IMG/VR virus record: IMGVR_UViG_3300036790_000366
Span: 1 to 64,000 of that record
DNA: 64,000 nucleotides
Strand: one strand, 5' to 3'
Origin: a virus
Under the pieces are notes generated by a model that had not been told where the DNA came from, did not search any database, and saw nothing but the letters and a program-made list of their open reading frames with translations. Position numbers and translations under genes: made by a program. Shown here in pieces: positions 1 to 8,829 of this stretch (positions are counted from its first letter, which is position 1; each line of letters starts with the position of its first letter).

Positions 1-421
1 CCGATCGTTCCCACACGCTGGCTCCTACCGGCGGCACCCCCCCCCCCTGCCTAGCTGTCCGTCCTTGTGTCATGGGGGAAAGTCTTCCGCCGTTCCTCCC
101 TCTAGGGCCTACAGGAGCTCTCCTAGGGCGTGGGACGTCTTGCCGGTCCCTCAGTGCCAGACCAGCTCTACGGGGCTGTCAGGGGCTCTGTACGTGCGTC
201 TGCGGTTTTTTTTCTGTGCCGTAGGTGCGGGAAGTACTTCTAGAACTACTTCTCTCCAACTGGACTTTTGACCTGCACGTTTCTGCATCCTTGCAGGTCA
301 GAATGGGTGCAACCTCAGGCCAGCCTGTCATGATCGAATCAATCTTCCCTACAATCTGTCGGTAAAACATGCCGTCTGACCTGGGGTTATCAATCTGTAA
401 CCTGAACCTGGTCAATCCATG

Positions 422-449
422 TTGTCCAAAACCCCAGGTCGGGTAGCTT
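422..449 (+). promoter_or_regulatory. Candidate housekeeping-sigma early promoter
   Basis: TTGTCC-N16-TAGCTT directly upstream of a structured leader and the first + strand gene. Confidence 0.45.
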
Positions 450-460
450 TGTCCTTGCAC

Positions 461-575
461 CACTCCGCTAGCGCACGAACGAGGAACCGCCGGACCCCCG
501 GTAGGCCGCCCGCGCCAGCCGAGACAAGCGGTGTAGGAGAGCGCGGGCCCGGAGGGGTACCGGCAAGCGGAGCGA
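461..575 (+). ncRNA. Structured 5' leader or small RNA of the early transcript
   Basis: Nested stems CTCCGCT/AGCGGAG, GCCGG-ACCCC/GGGGT-ACCGGC, GCCCGCGC/GCGCGGGC; no credible ORF. Confidence 0.4.
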
Positions 576-721
576 AGTGCCGCACGAATATGGTCAGTAC
601 CTAGGCAGGATCTCGCGGTGGAGCTTCGCTCCCGCACCTGCCAAGCAAGTTGTTTGGCTTTCGTGTTCCGCGGTTCTCACCGTGGGATGCGATGGCCGTG
701 CAACCTACAGAGGAGAAAATC

Positions 722-925
722 ATGACCAGCAACGAAACCAGTACCAAGGCGACCGCACTGTGGCACCTGTCCGGCAACGCGAGCGTGTACCAGACGGACG
801 TGGACACCTCGTTCAGTGTTTCCCGCGGTCTGTCCGTGGACGAGACGGTTCGCCGCTGCATCGCGATGCGTCAGAGCGTCAGTCCTGACGACGTCGTGAT
901 CGATCAGCTCTACGCGCAGAACTGA
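722..925 (+). CDS. Hypothetical early protein (67 aa)
   Basis: AGGAG RBS before ATG 722; GC3-biased codons. Confidence 0.7.
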   Translation: MTSNETSTKATALWHLSGNASVYQTDVDTSFSVSRGLSVDETVRRCIAMRQSVSPDDVVIDQLYAQN

Positions 926-962
926 ACGCCCCGCTAGGGAAGTCAGAAAGGTTGGTGCCACC

Positions 963-1109
963 GTGTTCACCGTTTATTACCAGCACTCGCGCGACGGTTA
1001 CCTGAACGTTTTCGTCTGCGATGTTCCGACGCAGAAGCTCGCGGAAACCATCTGCAAGCATCTTCAGGATGACTTCAAAGTCTTCCGCGCTTGGGCGGAG
1101 AAAGACTGA
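963..1109 (+). CDS. Hypothetical early protein (48 aa, MFTVYYQHSRDGYLNVFVCD...), absent from ORF track
   Basis: TCAGAAAGGTTG RBS before GTG 963; open to TGA 1109. Confidence 0.6.
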   Translation: MFTVYYQHSRDGYLNVFVCDVPTQKLAETICKHLQDDFKVFRAWAEKD

Positions 1110-1192
1110 GCCACTGGGTTTTGAGCATGGCGCCCACGATGTGGGTGCCGTGTCCTTTGCTCAGAGGGTGCAAGGGGAAAGGTTGGAAGATC

Positions 1193-1375
1193 ATGGAATT
1201 GCAGATCGGCGGCTCGAAAGGGTCCAAGCACTACGTCGTCCGCGATGTCCACGGGAACGTGGTGAAGAATTTCCACACGAACGACGACGCTTTTGCTCAG
1301 CGCACGCTGGCACTGCTCGCCGAGTCCTACGAACTGCTCGGCGGTATCTGCTTAGACCCGGTGGTGACCTCCTGA
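1193..1375 (+). CDS. Hypothetical early protein (60 aa)
   Basis: GAAAGGTTG RBS, ATG 1193, TGATG coupling to next gene. Confidence 0.7.
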   Translation: MELQIGGSKGSKHYVVRDVHGNVVKNFHTNDDAFAQRTLALLAESYELLGGICLDPVVTS

Positions 1376-1767
1376 TGGCCCCGCGCGGGCGCTACAGGAC
1401 GCCGCAGACGGCCGGACGCCCCGATCCGACACCACCGGCCGACAACCCGTTCCGCTCCATCCCTACAGGGCGCTACGCGCTTCTGCACACCGGGGAAGAC
1501 CGCTGGTACTTTTTCAGCGTGTCCAACCCGGATCAAGGCAAGTGGATGGGGTTCACGTTCCTCAAAGAGATGCAGGGTCCGAACGAAGTGCGGGTGCGCG
1601 GGGAAAGAGAGAAGTCGGTTCTCTCCGCCATCCTCCGCAATCCTCTCGGGTCCGCTCAGGACTACGGGCGGCAGACCGGCGAGTGCGGGAAGTGCCACAC
1701 GCAGCTGACCGACCCGAAGTCCATCGCGCTGGGCATCGGCCCTGTCTGCATCAAGCGCTACGGGTGA
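1375..1767 (+). CDS. DUF6011-like Zn-ribbon protein
   Basis: C-terminal YG...CGKCHTQLTDPKSIALGIGPVC motif typical of DUF6011. Confidence 0.75.
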   Translation: MAPRGRYRTPQTAGRPDPTPPADNPFRSIPTGRYALLHTGEDRWYFFSVSNPDQGKWMGFTFLKEMQGPNEVRVRGEREKSVLSAILRNPLGSAQDYGRQTGECGKCHTQLTDPKSIALGIGPVCIKRYG

Positions 1768-1849
1768 TTCTAGAAGCGGAGCGAGGAACCGGGCATCGTC
1801 CCGGTTTTTCGTCCTGCGGCTAGCAGGAGGTTCAGAAGGGTTGAGAGAC

Positions 1850-1990
1850 ATGTGCAGTAGTGGCAAGGGCAGACGCTCGGTTTCGCACTACCGGCGCGTG
1901 GGGCGTTTCTCCCGCGCTTTCGGTGGCTACCGTCCGCAGAACTACACCATGCGCAGCTACTTCGGTGGCGCGTCCCGGCTGTGGTTCTGA
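1850..1990 (+). CDS. Small basic hypothetical protein (46 aa)
   Basis: TTCAGAAGGGTTG RBS, ATG 1850, TGATG coupling. Confidence 0.5.
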   Translation: MCSSGKGRRSVSHYRRVGRFSRAFGGYRPQNYTMRSYFGGASRLWF

Positions 1991-2091
1991 TGCTGGCTTG
2001 GTACGAGCAGTACCGCGGACTTTGGTTCCGCATGTCGAAATACGGTTTCCTGATCGGAACCACGATCGGAGAATGGTGGACACACCGATGA
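1990..2091 (+). CDS. Small aromatic-rich hypothetical protein (33 aa)
   Basis: TGATG and ATGA coupling on both sides. Confidence 0.45.
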   Translation: MLAWYEQYRGLWFRMSKYGFLIGTTIGEWWTHR

Positions 2092-2468
2092 GTGAAGACT
2101 ACGGACTTATCTGGGTATGCCGGTCGTGCATGCTCGTGCACGCGAACGGCGAGTGCGGCGAGCTCCATGCGGAGTCGTGCGCGTCGCTGGACGTCCAGCA
2201 ATTTGACTTCGACAGCCAAACCGACGCGTCCTGCGACTGCGGAGCGAAAGAGCCGCTGTCCAGCATCACAGACGGATTCCGCGTCGCCATGGGCATAGGC
2301 GCGGAGGAGCACGCGGAAGGCTGTGAGAACCGCTCTGTGACCCGTTCCGCGGACATCGTGGAGTGCGACTGCGCGGAGCAGACACACAGCACTTCTCAGT
2401 GCGAGGGGTGCGGGACGTACCTGCACGGCGAGCGGCACGCGATGCACTTGTACAAGGATCAAGCATGA
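2088..2468 (+). CDS. Cys/His-rich hypothetical protein
   Basis: ATGA overlap; several CxxC/CxC motifs. Confidence 0.7.
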   Translation: MSEDYGLIWVCRSCMLVHANGECGELHAESCASLDVQQFDFDSQTDASCDCGAKEPLSSITDGFRVAMGIGAEEHAEGCENRSVTRSADIVECDCAEQTHSTSQCEGCGTYLHGERHAMHLYKDQA

Positions 2469-2707
2469 GCAGCGTCAACACGAATCCGGCGTTCGGCATC
2501 ATTCCGGATAATTTCCCCTACACGGTGGAGTCCTTCCGGACGCATGTATCCGCCGTTCACCACGAAACGAAGTACACGCGGCCCGTTTCTTTCGCGATGG
2601 TTGCGGAAGTCTGGGCGCTCCACATGAACGCGTGGATGGATCCGCGGCTTCCCGAACCGGACTTCTACCGGATCATCGCGGAAGTCGCAACCGTGTACAG
2701 CACATGA
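2465..2707 (+). CDS. Hypothetical protein
   Basis: ATGA overlap, AAGGA RBS. Confidence 0.65.
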   Translation: MSSVNTNPAFGIIPDNFPYTVESFRTHVSAVHHETKYTRPVSFAMVAEVWALHMNAWMDPRLPEPDFYRIIAEVATVYST

Positions 2708-2784
2708 CCGAACGCCGTGCGTGCGCCACTCCACTCGGAGCGGCGTGCGTTCCCCGCTCGGGGACTTAGGAAAGGGTAAGTCAC

Positions 2785-3012
2785 ATGGCCTCTATGAGCC
2801 GTAAGCACTACCGGGAATTCGCAGCGACCATCCACAACGCGGTGGACGCGTTGGACGGGTTGACCCCCGTTCGCCGCGCTGCCGCAGTGGCCGTCATTGA
2901 GAACATCGCGGACGGCATTTCCTACACCTGCAAGCGAGACAACTACAACTTCCGGTACGACACGTTTTTCGAGGCGTGCGGACTGGACGCCTACGGGAAG
3001 GTTGTCAAGTAA
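2785..3012 (+). CDS. Hypothetical early protein (MSRKHY...F...CG type)
   Basis: GGAAAGGG RBS; codon bias. Confidence 0.75.
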   Translation: MASMSRKHYREFAATIHNAVDALDGLTPVRRAAAVAVIENIADGISYTCKRDNYNFRYDTFFEACGLDAYGKVVK

Positions 3013-3014
3013 AC

Positions 3015-3560
3015 ATGATCATCCGAATGCAAGGAAGCGTCTCCGGCCTGATGCCGACTGCGGAAGTACTCCGGGAGTACGTCCGGCCGTTCAACATCGC
3101 GGCTGAGAACCGCTACGGGCGCGTCGTGAACGGACGGATTCTCAACCCGTGCGACAATAGCCAGCTTCGCGGCGGGTTGACTGTGGATGTCAAGCACGTC
3201 CGCAGCACGCGGAACGGGCACACGTACAGCGTCAAGCTTGGAGCGCTCAGCAAGTCACCTGCGGCCCGACAGAGCCATTCCGGGCGCAACGGTCCGTGGG
3301 CATGCTGGCACAGCGTCTACGCCTACCTAGAGAAGCTGTACGGCGAGTTCCCGGACGCGGTGGCGCGGTCCACTTTCATCACGTACCGCGGTGTGGAGGA
3401 TTTCGAGACCAACGCACCTAAAACGTTCTACCAGCGTGTGGGCAATTCCTACAGCCGCGAGGAATACTTCGGTGCGCTGTGCCACAACCTGGGCTGGCAC
3501 GATTGGCACGACGCGCCGGACCGGAGACTTCCGGACGGTACGGATCTGATGTCTCTGTAG
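3015..3560 (+). CDS. Hypothetical protein
   Basis: ATG 2 nt after previous stop; codon bias. Confidence 0.75.
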   Translation: MIIRMQGSVSGLMPTAEVLREYVRPFNIAAENRYGRVVNGRILNPCDNSQLRGGLTVDVKHVRSTRNGHTYSVKLGALSKSPAARQSHSGRNGPWACWHSVYAYLEKLYGEFPDAVARSTFITYRGVEDFETNAPKTFYQRVGNSYSREEYFGALCHNLGWHDWHDAPDRRLPDGTDLMSL

Positions 3561-3629
3561 TCCGAACGAATTGCATGCGGTACGGCACAAGCCGCGCCGC
3601 GTGTTGCCCGTTCGGGCAGGAATGAGGGT

Positions 3630-3989
3630 ATGGCAATGAAGAGATACCGGTTCATGGCACTGGCCGACAACTACCAAGTCCCGCGCGGGTATTTGCGCGG
3701 CACGCTCACGACTCACCAAGGTTTCGACGAGAGCGCCTACGTCGTGTCGTTCGAGGGAGTTCCCAAGAGCGCGCACCATGCAACCTACGTGCTGGACTTC
3801 GGAACGAGCGTGGAAGTCCGGTGGGTTGCCGGTTGGGCATCCGAAGATCTCAATCAGATCTTTCTCCAGCCCTTCCCGCTCAACGTCGGCACGCGGCCGG
3901 ACAACGGAAGGCCGATCGACATGTCCATGTGGATGCTGGGCCCGCGCCCCGCGTTCCACCTGAAGTTGACGGAGATTGAGAAGTGGTGA
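3630..3989 (+). CDS. Hypothetical protein
   Basis: RBS; operon context. Confidence 0.7.
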   Translation: MAMKRYRFMALADNYQVPRGYLRGTLTTHQGFDESAYVVSFEGVPKSAHHATYVLDFGTSVEVRWVAGWASEDLNQIFLQPFPLNVGTRPDNGRPIDMSMWMLGPRPAFHLKLTEIEKW

Positions 3990-4180
3990 CCGGCGGAGTC
4001 AACGGCGGTCCGTGCGTCTCAGGCACGGCGGACTGCCCGTGCTGCGGCTACCCCACCATGGTGGCGGATTGGCGCATTCCGGAGCTCTGTCCGGAGTGCG
4101 TGATGCACGACTGCGACATGTACGTCGAATGCAGCGTGCCAACCGACGCGTGGCCGTACGACACTGATCCGCGCGACTGA
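3986..4180 (+). CDS. Small Cys-rich hypothetical protein
   Basis: GTGA overlap; CPCC...CPEC. Confidence 0.6.
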   Translation: MTGGVNGGPCVSGTADCPCCGYPTMVADWRIPELCPECVMHDCDMYVECSVPTDAWPYDTDPRD

Positions 4181-4274
4181 GTTTCTTGCGTGTCCCACCC
4201 CTACTCTCCTCAGGGGTGGTTCGCGCTGGAATCTCAATCAGAGGTTCTATCGAGAATCGAGAAAGGTTGAACAA

Positions 4275-4820
4275 ATGAGGATCACTGCAACCGTCGTCGT
4301 GGAAATCGACGACAACGCCGCGGTTCTGCTCGACGCGTCCGTTGTCGGCGGCGCGTTCGGTGCGGTCCGCACCATCGTCCGCAACGCCCTGTCCGACACG
4401 GCCGGTTTCAAGTCCGTCACCGTGGACACGGACGACACGGACGGCGAAATGGATGAGGGCGGCTCTGAGCGCCCCGCACGCGAGTTCGGGGACAGGGGCG
4501 TCACCGTGGCGTCCGCGCCGCGCAAGGCGCCCCGTAAGGCCGTGCAGGGCAAGACCGCGCGGACCGGACGGCCCAAGACGCTCACCGACATGGAGGCCAG
4601 CGACGGCGAGCCGGTTCGCGAGTGGGGTGTCCGTTCGCCGGAGTCGCTGGCAGAGCAGGGCATCAGCACGCGAGTCATCGGCGGGAACGGCGAGTGGACT
4701 CCCCCGCTGCCTGAGCGCAAGGTGCGGCGCCCCAAGAGCGCGGCGCCGGTCACCAAGGGCTACAGCGTCACCGAAGAGAAGTCGTCCGCGAAGTTCGGCG
4801 GCGCCCGCACGCGCAAGTAG
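4275..4820 (+). CDS. Hypothetical protein with basic C-terminus
   Basis: AGAAAGGTTG RBS; strong GC3 bias. Confidence 0.75.
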   Translation: MRITATVVVEIDDNAAVLLDASVVGGAFGAVRTIVRNALSDTAGFKSVTVDTDDTDGEMDEGGSERPAREFGDRGVTVASAPRKAPRKAVQGKTARTGRPKTLTDMEASDGEPVREWGVRSPESLAEQGISTRVIGGNGEWTPPLPERKVRRPKSAAPVTKGYSVTEEKSSAKFGGARTRK

Positions 4821-4912
4821 CGAAGTAGTTGTGCCGCTTTGGTGCGACCGGAACTTTCCGGTTCCGGCCGTGCCATGGCAGTTCAACACTGCCTTTTCAG
4901 AAAGGTTGAGAA

Positions 4913-6367
4913 ATGCAGGGAGTACTGGACGGATACGAAGTGCCAGACGCCTACGCTGTGCCGCTCGGTATCGACATGGAGAGCGGCAAGCGGGTGAGTC
5001 TGGACGTCCGGAAGTTCACGCAGCACGGTTTCATCGGCGGCGCGACCGGAGTCGGCAAGACGCGCACCCTTCAGCAGATCATCGAATGGTGCTCGCAGCG
5101 CGGTATCCCCGCTCTGGCCGTTGACGGCAAGGGCGACATGGGCGGTCTGGCCATCGCGGCCGAGGCGACTCGAGAGATTCTGGACCGCGTGCAGGATCTC
5201 GGGCAGGACGAATGGTGGGACGGCACTTCGACGCCGGTGGAATTTTTGGCTCTCGGCGGGAATGGCTCGGGCGTGCCCGTGAAGGTCTCCGCCAAGACGT
5301 TCCCCTACAAGATGCTGGCCCGTGTCATCGGCTTGACCAAGCCGCAGACGACGGGCCTCGGCTACGCCTACCTGGCGTCCAAGAATGCCACGTCCGGCGA
5401 CATGCACACGTTGGAGCAGCTCAGAGAATTCGTCCGCGGTATCAAGGACGACCCTGACAGCTCCCTCAGTGAAGCGGTGGCGAACCGCATCATCGCGCAG
5501 TCGCAGCTTTTCGAGGAGTCCAACCCTGGAATCTTCGGCGCACCGGAATTCGACCCGATGGACATCATCCGGAGGGACGATGGGTGGGGGCAGGTCTCGA
5601 TCATCGATTCCGCCGCCCTCGCAGACAATCCGGAAGTCATGACCACGTTCCTTTTGTGGTTCATGGATAAGCTTTCCAAGGTGCTGCCGCAGACGACGCA
5701 GGTGCTCCCCAAGCTCATGGTCTTCATCGATGAGGCGCACGCGTTGTTCGACCAGCCGTCACCGGAACTCAAGAAGGAATTCGTCCGCGAGTTCACCGGA
5801 ATGATCAAAAAGCTTCGTTCTCAGGGCGTCGGGATCTTCCTGATCTCGCAGTCTGCGGACGACATTCCGGAAAAGGTCATGCAGCAGATCGGTTCCCGTG
5901 TCCAGCACGCGCTGCGTGCGAACACGGTCCGCGAAGCGCGTGCCGTCAAGCGGACCGCGGAGACCTTCCCCATATCCAAGACGTACGACGTGGCGTCGGA
6001 GATCACGGAGATGGGGACCGGTGAGGCCATCGTCTCTGTGCTCAATGACGACGGCCGCATGACCCCTACCACGGTCGTCCGGATGTACGTCCCGCGGTCT
6101 TCCATGGATCCGCTGGATCCGGGAGTGCAGGCGGAGATAATCCATGCCAGCGAACTTCGTAAGAAGTACGCGAGACTGGCAAAGGAACAGCGCGAAGCAG
6201 AGCACCGGGCGTCGGTACCGGCAGCGCCGATCGTGGCTACGCGGCCTTCCAAGGGGCCGCAGGGCGACGACGACGGCGACAGCCCAGTGGAGCGCATGCG
6301 GAAGCGTCTGCGGTCCGGTAGCGGCGTCGTGACACTTGACGAGTGGGCTACCAGCACGACGGAGTAG
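4913..6367 (+). CDS. DUF853 / HerA-FtsK superfamily (YjgR-like) ATPase
   Basis: Walker A GATGVGKT, D-x-KGD, Walker B VFIDEAH, LRSQGVG..ISQ, RVQHALRA. Confidence 0.85.
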   Translation: MQGVLDGYEVPDAYAVPLGIDMESGKRVSLDVRKFTQHGFIGGATGVGKTRTLQQIIEWCSQRGIPALAVDGKGDMGGLAIAAEATREILDRVQDLGQDEWWDGTSTPVEFLALGGNGSGVPVKVSAKTFPYKMLARVIGLTKPQTTGLGYAYLASKNATSGDMHTLEQLREFVRGIKDDPDSSLSEAVANRIIAQSQLFEESNPGIFGAPEFDPMDIIRRDDGWGQVSIIDSAALADNPEVMTTFLLWFMDKLSKVLPQTTQVLPKLMVFIDEAHALFDQPSPELKKEFVREFTGMIKKLRSQGVGIFLISQSADDIPEKVMQQIGSRVQHALRANTVREARAVKRTAETFPISKTYDVASEITEMGTGEAIVSVLNDDGRMTPTTVVRMYVPRSSMDPLDPGVQAEIIHASELRKKYARLAKEQREAEHRASVPAAPIVATRPSKGPQGDDDGDSPVERMRKRLRSGSGVVTLDEWATSTTE

Positions 6368-6473
6368 TGACCGTACAGATTGCGTGCGGCCGGAACACAG
6401 TGTCCGGCCGTGCGTTGCCTGTATGGGCAGCGCAGCATCGAAGTAGTGCAGCAACGAAGTAGGAAGGAAGGAA

Positions 6474-6617
6474 ATGACGACGCACATCATCGCGATGTCG
6501 GTTCCCGCGGTCTTCACCGTGGGATTCCGTTTCGCTTTCACCACCTGGTGGAACCGCTTCACTTTCCGCCACGGTGTCCGGCGTCAGGTGCGCGAGAACT
6601 ATCGGAGGGCATCATGA
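6474..6617 (+). CDS. Small membrane-associated hypothetical protein (47 aa)
   Basis: AGGAAGGAAGG RBS; ATGA overlap with next gene. Confidence 0.55.
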   Translation: MTTHIIAMSVPAVFTVGFRFAFTTWWNRFTFRHGVRRQVRENYRRAS

Positions 6618-6919
6618 CGGCCATCGCGGTAAGGGCGAAGGACATGCGCGCGGGGGATGTTCTCTACTCCCGTACGGATGCAGCCGCGCTGTTCTCGCAG
6701 TGGAACGCGCACCAGATCTACGCCAGCGCTTTCTCTACTCTCGCGGAGGGCTACCCCTACCCGGAGTTCATGCTCGCCCGGCTGCTCCTGATGAGTCAGG
6801 CGCAGCACATCGAACACGTGTCGTACGGGCCGTTCAAGGCCAGGATCGTGACCGCGGGCGGGGCCGTCGTTCTCGTGCGCAGGAACATGATGGTGGCGGT
6901 TCTCAGGGGCAGCGCGTGA
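6614..6919 (+). CDS. Hypothetical protein
   Basis: GGAGG RBS. Confidence 0.7.
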   Translation: MTAIAVRAKDMRAGDVLYSRTDAAALFSQWNAHQIYASAFSTLAEGYPYPEFMLARLLLMSQAQHIEHVSYGPFKARIVTAGGAVVLVRRNMMVAVLRGSA

Positions 6920-7221
6920 GCGCCGTCACGGGCACGGAACCGGCCCACTGGCACGACGCGGGCGGGTGCCACCGCATGACCGATCCGCGGACCATCCGGG
7001 GCTACAGCGAACGATGGTGGGACATGGATGAGCGGGCTTTCGTCACGCACCTGCAAACGCACGAGGGTGAGCGCAAGGATCCCGTGCCGACTGCCGAGGA
7101 CTCCCCGCGTGTCCGTCAACTTTTCGAGCTCATGGAAGCGCGGTTGAAGGAATTGGAGACCATGAAGGAACTGATCTGGGCTATCCGTCAATCGGAAGCT
7201 TTCTCCAAGAGCTCTTCCTAG
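6916..7221 (+). CDS. Hypothetical protein
   Basis: GTGA overlap; last + strand early gene. Confidence 0.65.
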   Translation: MSAVTGTEPAHWHDAGGCHRMTDPRTIRGYSERWWDMDERAFVTHLQTHEGERKDPVPTAEDSPRVRQLFELMEARLKELETMKELIWAIRQSEAFSKSSS

Positions 7222-7256
7222 GAACTAGGAACTAGCGCAGCAGTGAGTGAAACGAA

Positions 7257-7421
7257 CTAGGGCGTCTGGCTCACTTCGGTGGGCTGGTCGCCCTTTTTCT
7301 TTGCCCGCGCCGCTTCATGGCGCTGCACGGCCCGCCACGCTCCGGCGAGCAACCATTCCAGGACGGGCACAGCGACGTTCTGAGACGTCCACGCGACTAC
7401 TTGGAGTACCAGTACCGGCAT
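7257..7421 (-). CDS. Small hypothetical membrane protein (54 aa)
   Basis: MPVLVLQVVAW...; follows 7426-7983. Confidence 0.45.
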   Translation of the reverse strand: MPVLVLQVVAWTSQNVAVPVLEWLLAGAWRAVQRHEAARAKKKGDQPTEVSQTP

Positions 7422-7425
7422 GGCC

Positions 7426-7983
7426 TTACCGGCCTCTCTTGTTGGCTGTCAGGCTGTCCACCGTGGCGCCTAGTCCAGTGGCCGCGCGGGTGCGGTTGGT
7501 CTGCCGCTCGTACCGGTCCGCCTTTCCCGCACGGTAGGAACGGCGCTCGATTTCCGTCTTGGTTTCCGGGAACTTCGACATGGCCGCGGGGAACGGGTTG
7601 TCGGATATTTCTTCCGCCGCTTCCGGCTCTTCGAAGAAAACATCGCGGCCGATCATCTGCGCGATTTCCTCGTCCGTACGGGCGGCGTAGGCCTCGTATT
7701 CGCCTTCGAGCCACGGGACGTCCCCGCTAGCCAGGCGCTCCAGCATCACCCCGCACACGTGCACCCGGTTGATCAGGTACGCGATGGCGCTCGGGTTGGA
7801 AATTCCCGCGGGCGCCTGAGGGTGCCGAACGTTCCACCAAATCGTCTGCTTCGCGCCGCAGATTTTTTCCGTGCACTCGCGCCGGTGCTTGACCTTGGAC
7901 TCGTGTGCCCAGGCGTCGATCTCCCGGAGGGATCGCAGGTCATTGCGCTCCTGCTGCGCCTTGGTGATCTTCCTGACCGCCAT
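7426..7983 (-). CDS. Hypothetical protein
   Basis: GGGAGG RBS; codon bias. Confidence 0.75.
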   Translation of the reverse strand: MAVRKITKAQQERNDLRSLREIDAWAHESKVKHRRECTEKICGAKQTIWWNVRHPQAPAGISNPSAIAYLINRVHVCGVMLERLASGDVPWLEGEYEAYAARTDEEIAQMIGRDVFFEEPEAAEEISDNPFPAAMSKFPETKTEIERRSYRAGKADRYERQTNRTRAATGLGATVDSLTANKRGR

Positions 7984-8019
7984 AAAAATTTTCCTCCCTA
8001 CTGCGTGTGTGAAGCGCTT

Positions 8020-8364
8020 CTACAGGCGGATTCCACGTTCTTCCGGCAAACGCTCCGACTCTGTGATTCCTTCGTAGACTTCCCACTCGCGGATCTGCGC
8101 CCCGTGGTGTGCCAGGTCTAGGAAGTCCTGAGCCAGATCGTAGTACTTCAGCAGCTTCAACGACTCGCGGTCGCTCAGGTGCGCGTAGAAGTACGTGTCA
8201 CTGCGTTCCTTCGGCCAGTCGTTCTTGGCACAGTACTGCAAGAACTTGTCCACCTTGCCGATGCCGAAAACATCTTCCACGCACCGGTACATGAGAAGTT
8301 TCGCCTCCGCGAATTCCTCCACCGTGTACCGGCCGCAGTACCGCTTGTTCGAAAGTCTTCGCAT
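8020..8364 (-). CDS. Hypothetical protein
   Basis: ORF with codon bias. Confidence 0.7.
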   Translation of the reverse strand: MRRLSNKRYCGRYTVEEFAEAKLLMYRCVEDVFGIGKVDKFLQYCAKNDWPKERSDTYFYAHLSDRESLKLLKYYDLAQDFLDLAHHGAQIREWEVYEGITESERLPEERGIRL

Positions 8365-8451
8365 GTCAGCCGCCCGAATTCCTCGTCCTGTGGAAAAGTT
8401 TACCCTGGTCCGTGTTGCGTGAAGTAAAGCTTACGCCTGGCTGGGGAGACG

Positions 8452-8489
8452 AAGAAACCCTCCCTCCGGCGCCTGGCTGGAAGGAGGGT
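8452..8489 (-). terminator. Intrinsic terminator-like hairpin
   Basis: ACCCTCC/GGAGGGT stem followed by TTCTTC on - strand. Confidence 0.45.
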
Positions 8490-8502
8490 CACCCTCCGCG
8501 GA

Positions 8503-8829
8503 CTACAGATCCTTGTCGAGCTCTTCGTCCTTCTGTCCGGTGACCGGCTCATCAAGGATCTCGCGCACATTGGCCAGCCGGAGGCTGGTCACGTAAGGCG
8601 GCACGTTCACTTCCACGTCCTCGGCCAGCAGGCGCAGGGACAGCGTCGGGTAGCCGTTCTTCGCGTCGTGATTGAAGTCGGCGGCCATGATGACGGCCTG
8701 CGGAATCTCCACGGCGTTGTCCGCGTCGAAGTGGATCCACGCAGTGGTCTGCTGGTGCCAGCCGTTCTCGCTGCGTACCTGCTGGCTGCGCAGCTGGACG
8801 TGCGGGTAGCTCTTATCGCCCTCGAACAT
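8503..8829 (-). CDS. Hypothetical protein
   Basis: GAGGA RBS. Confidence 0.75.
   Translation of the reverse strand: MFEGDKSYPHVQLRSQQVRSENGWHQQTTAWIHFDADNAVEIPQAVIMAADFNHDAKNGYPTLSLRLLAEDVEVNVPPYVTSLRLANVREILDEPVTGQKDEELDKDL

Noticed and set aside
1788-1812. Simple intrinsic terminator
   Set aside because: The T-run pairs with upstream GAGGAA as part of a longer hairpin like the other early intergenic stems; termination cannot be excluded but is not supported.
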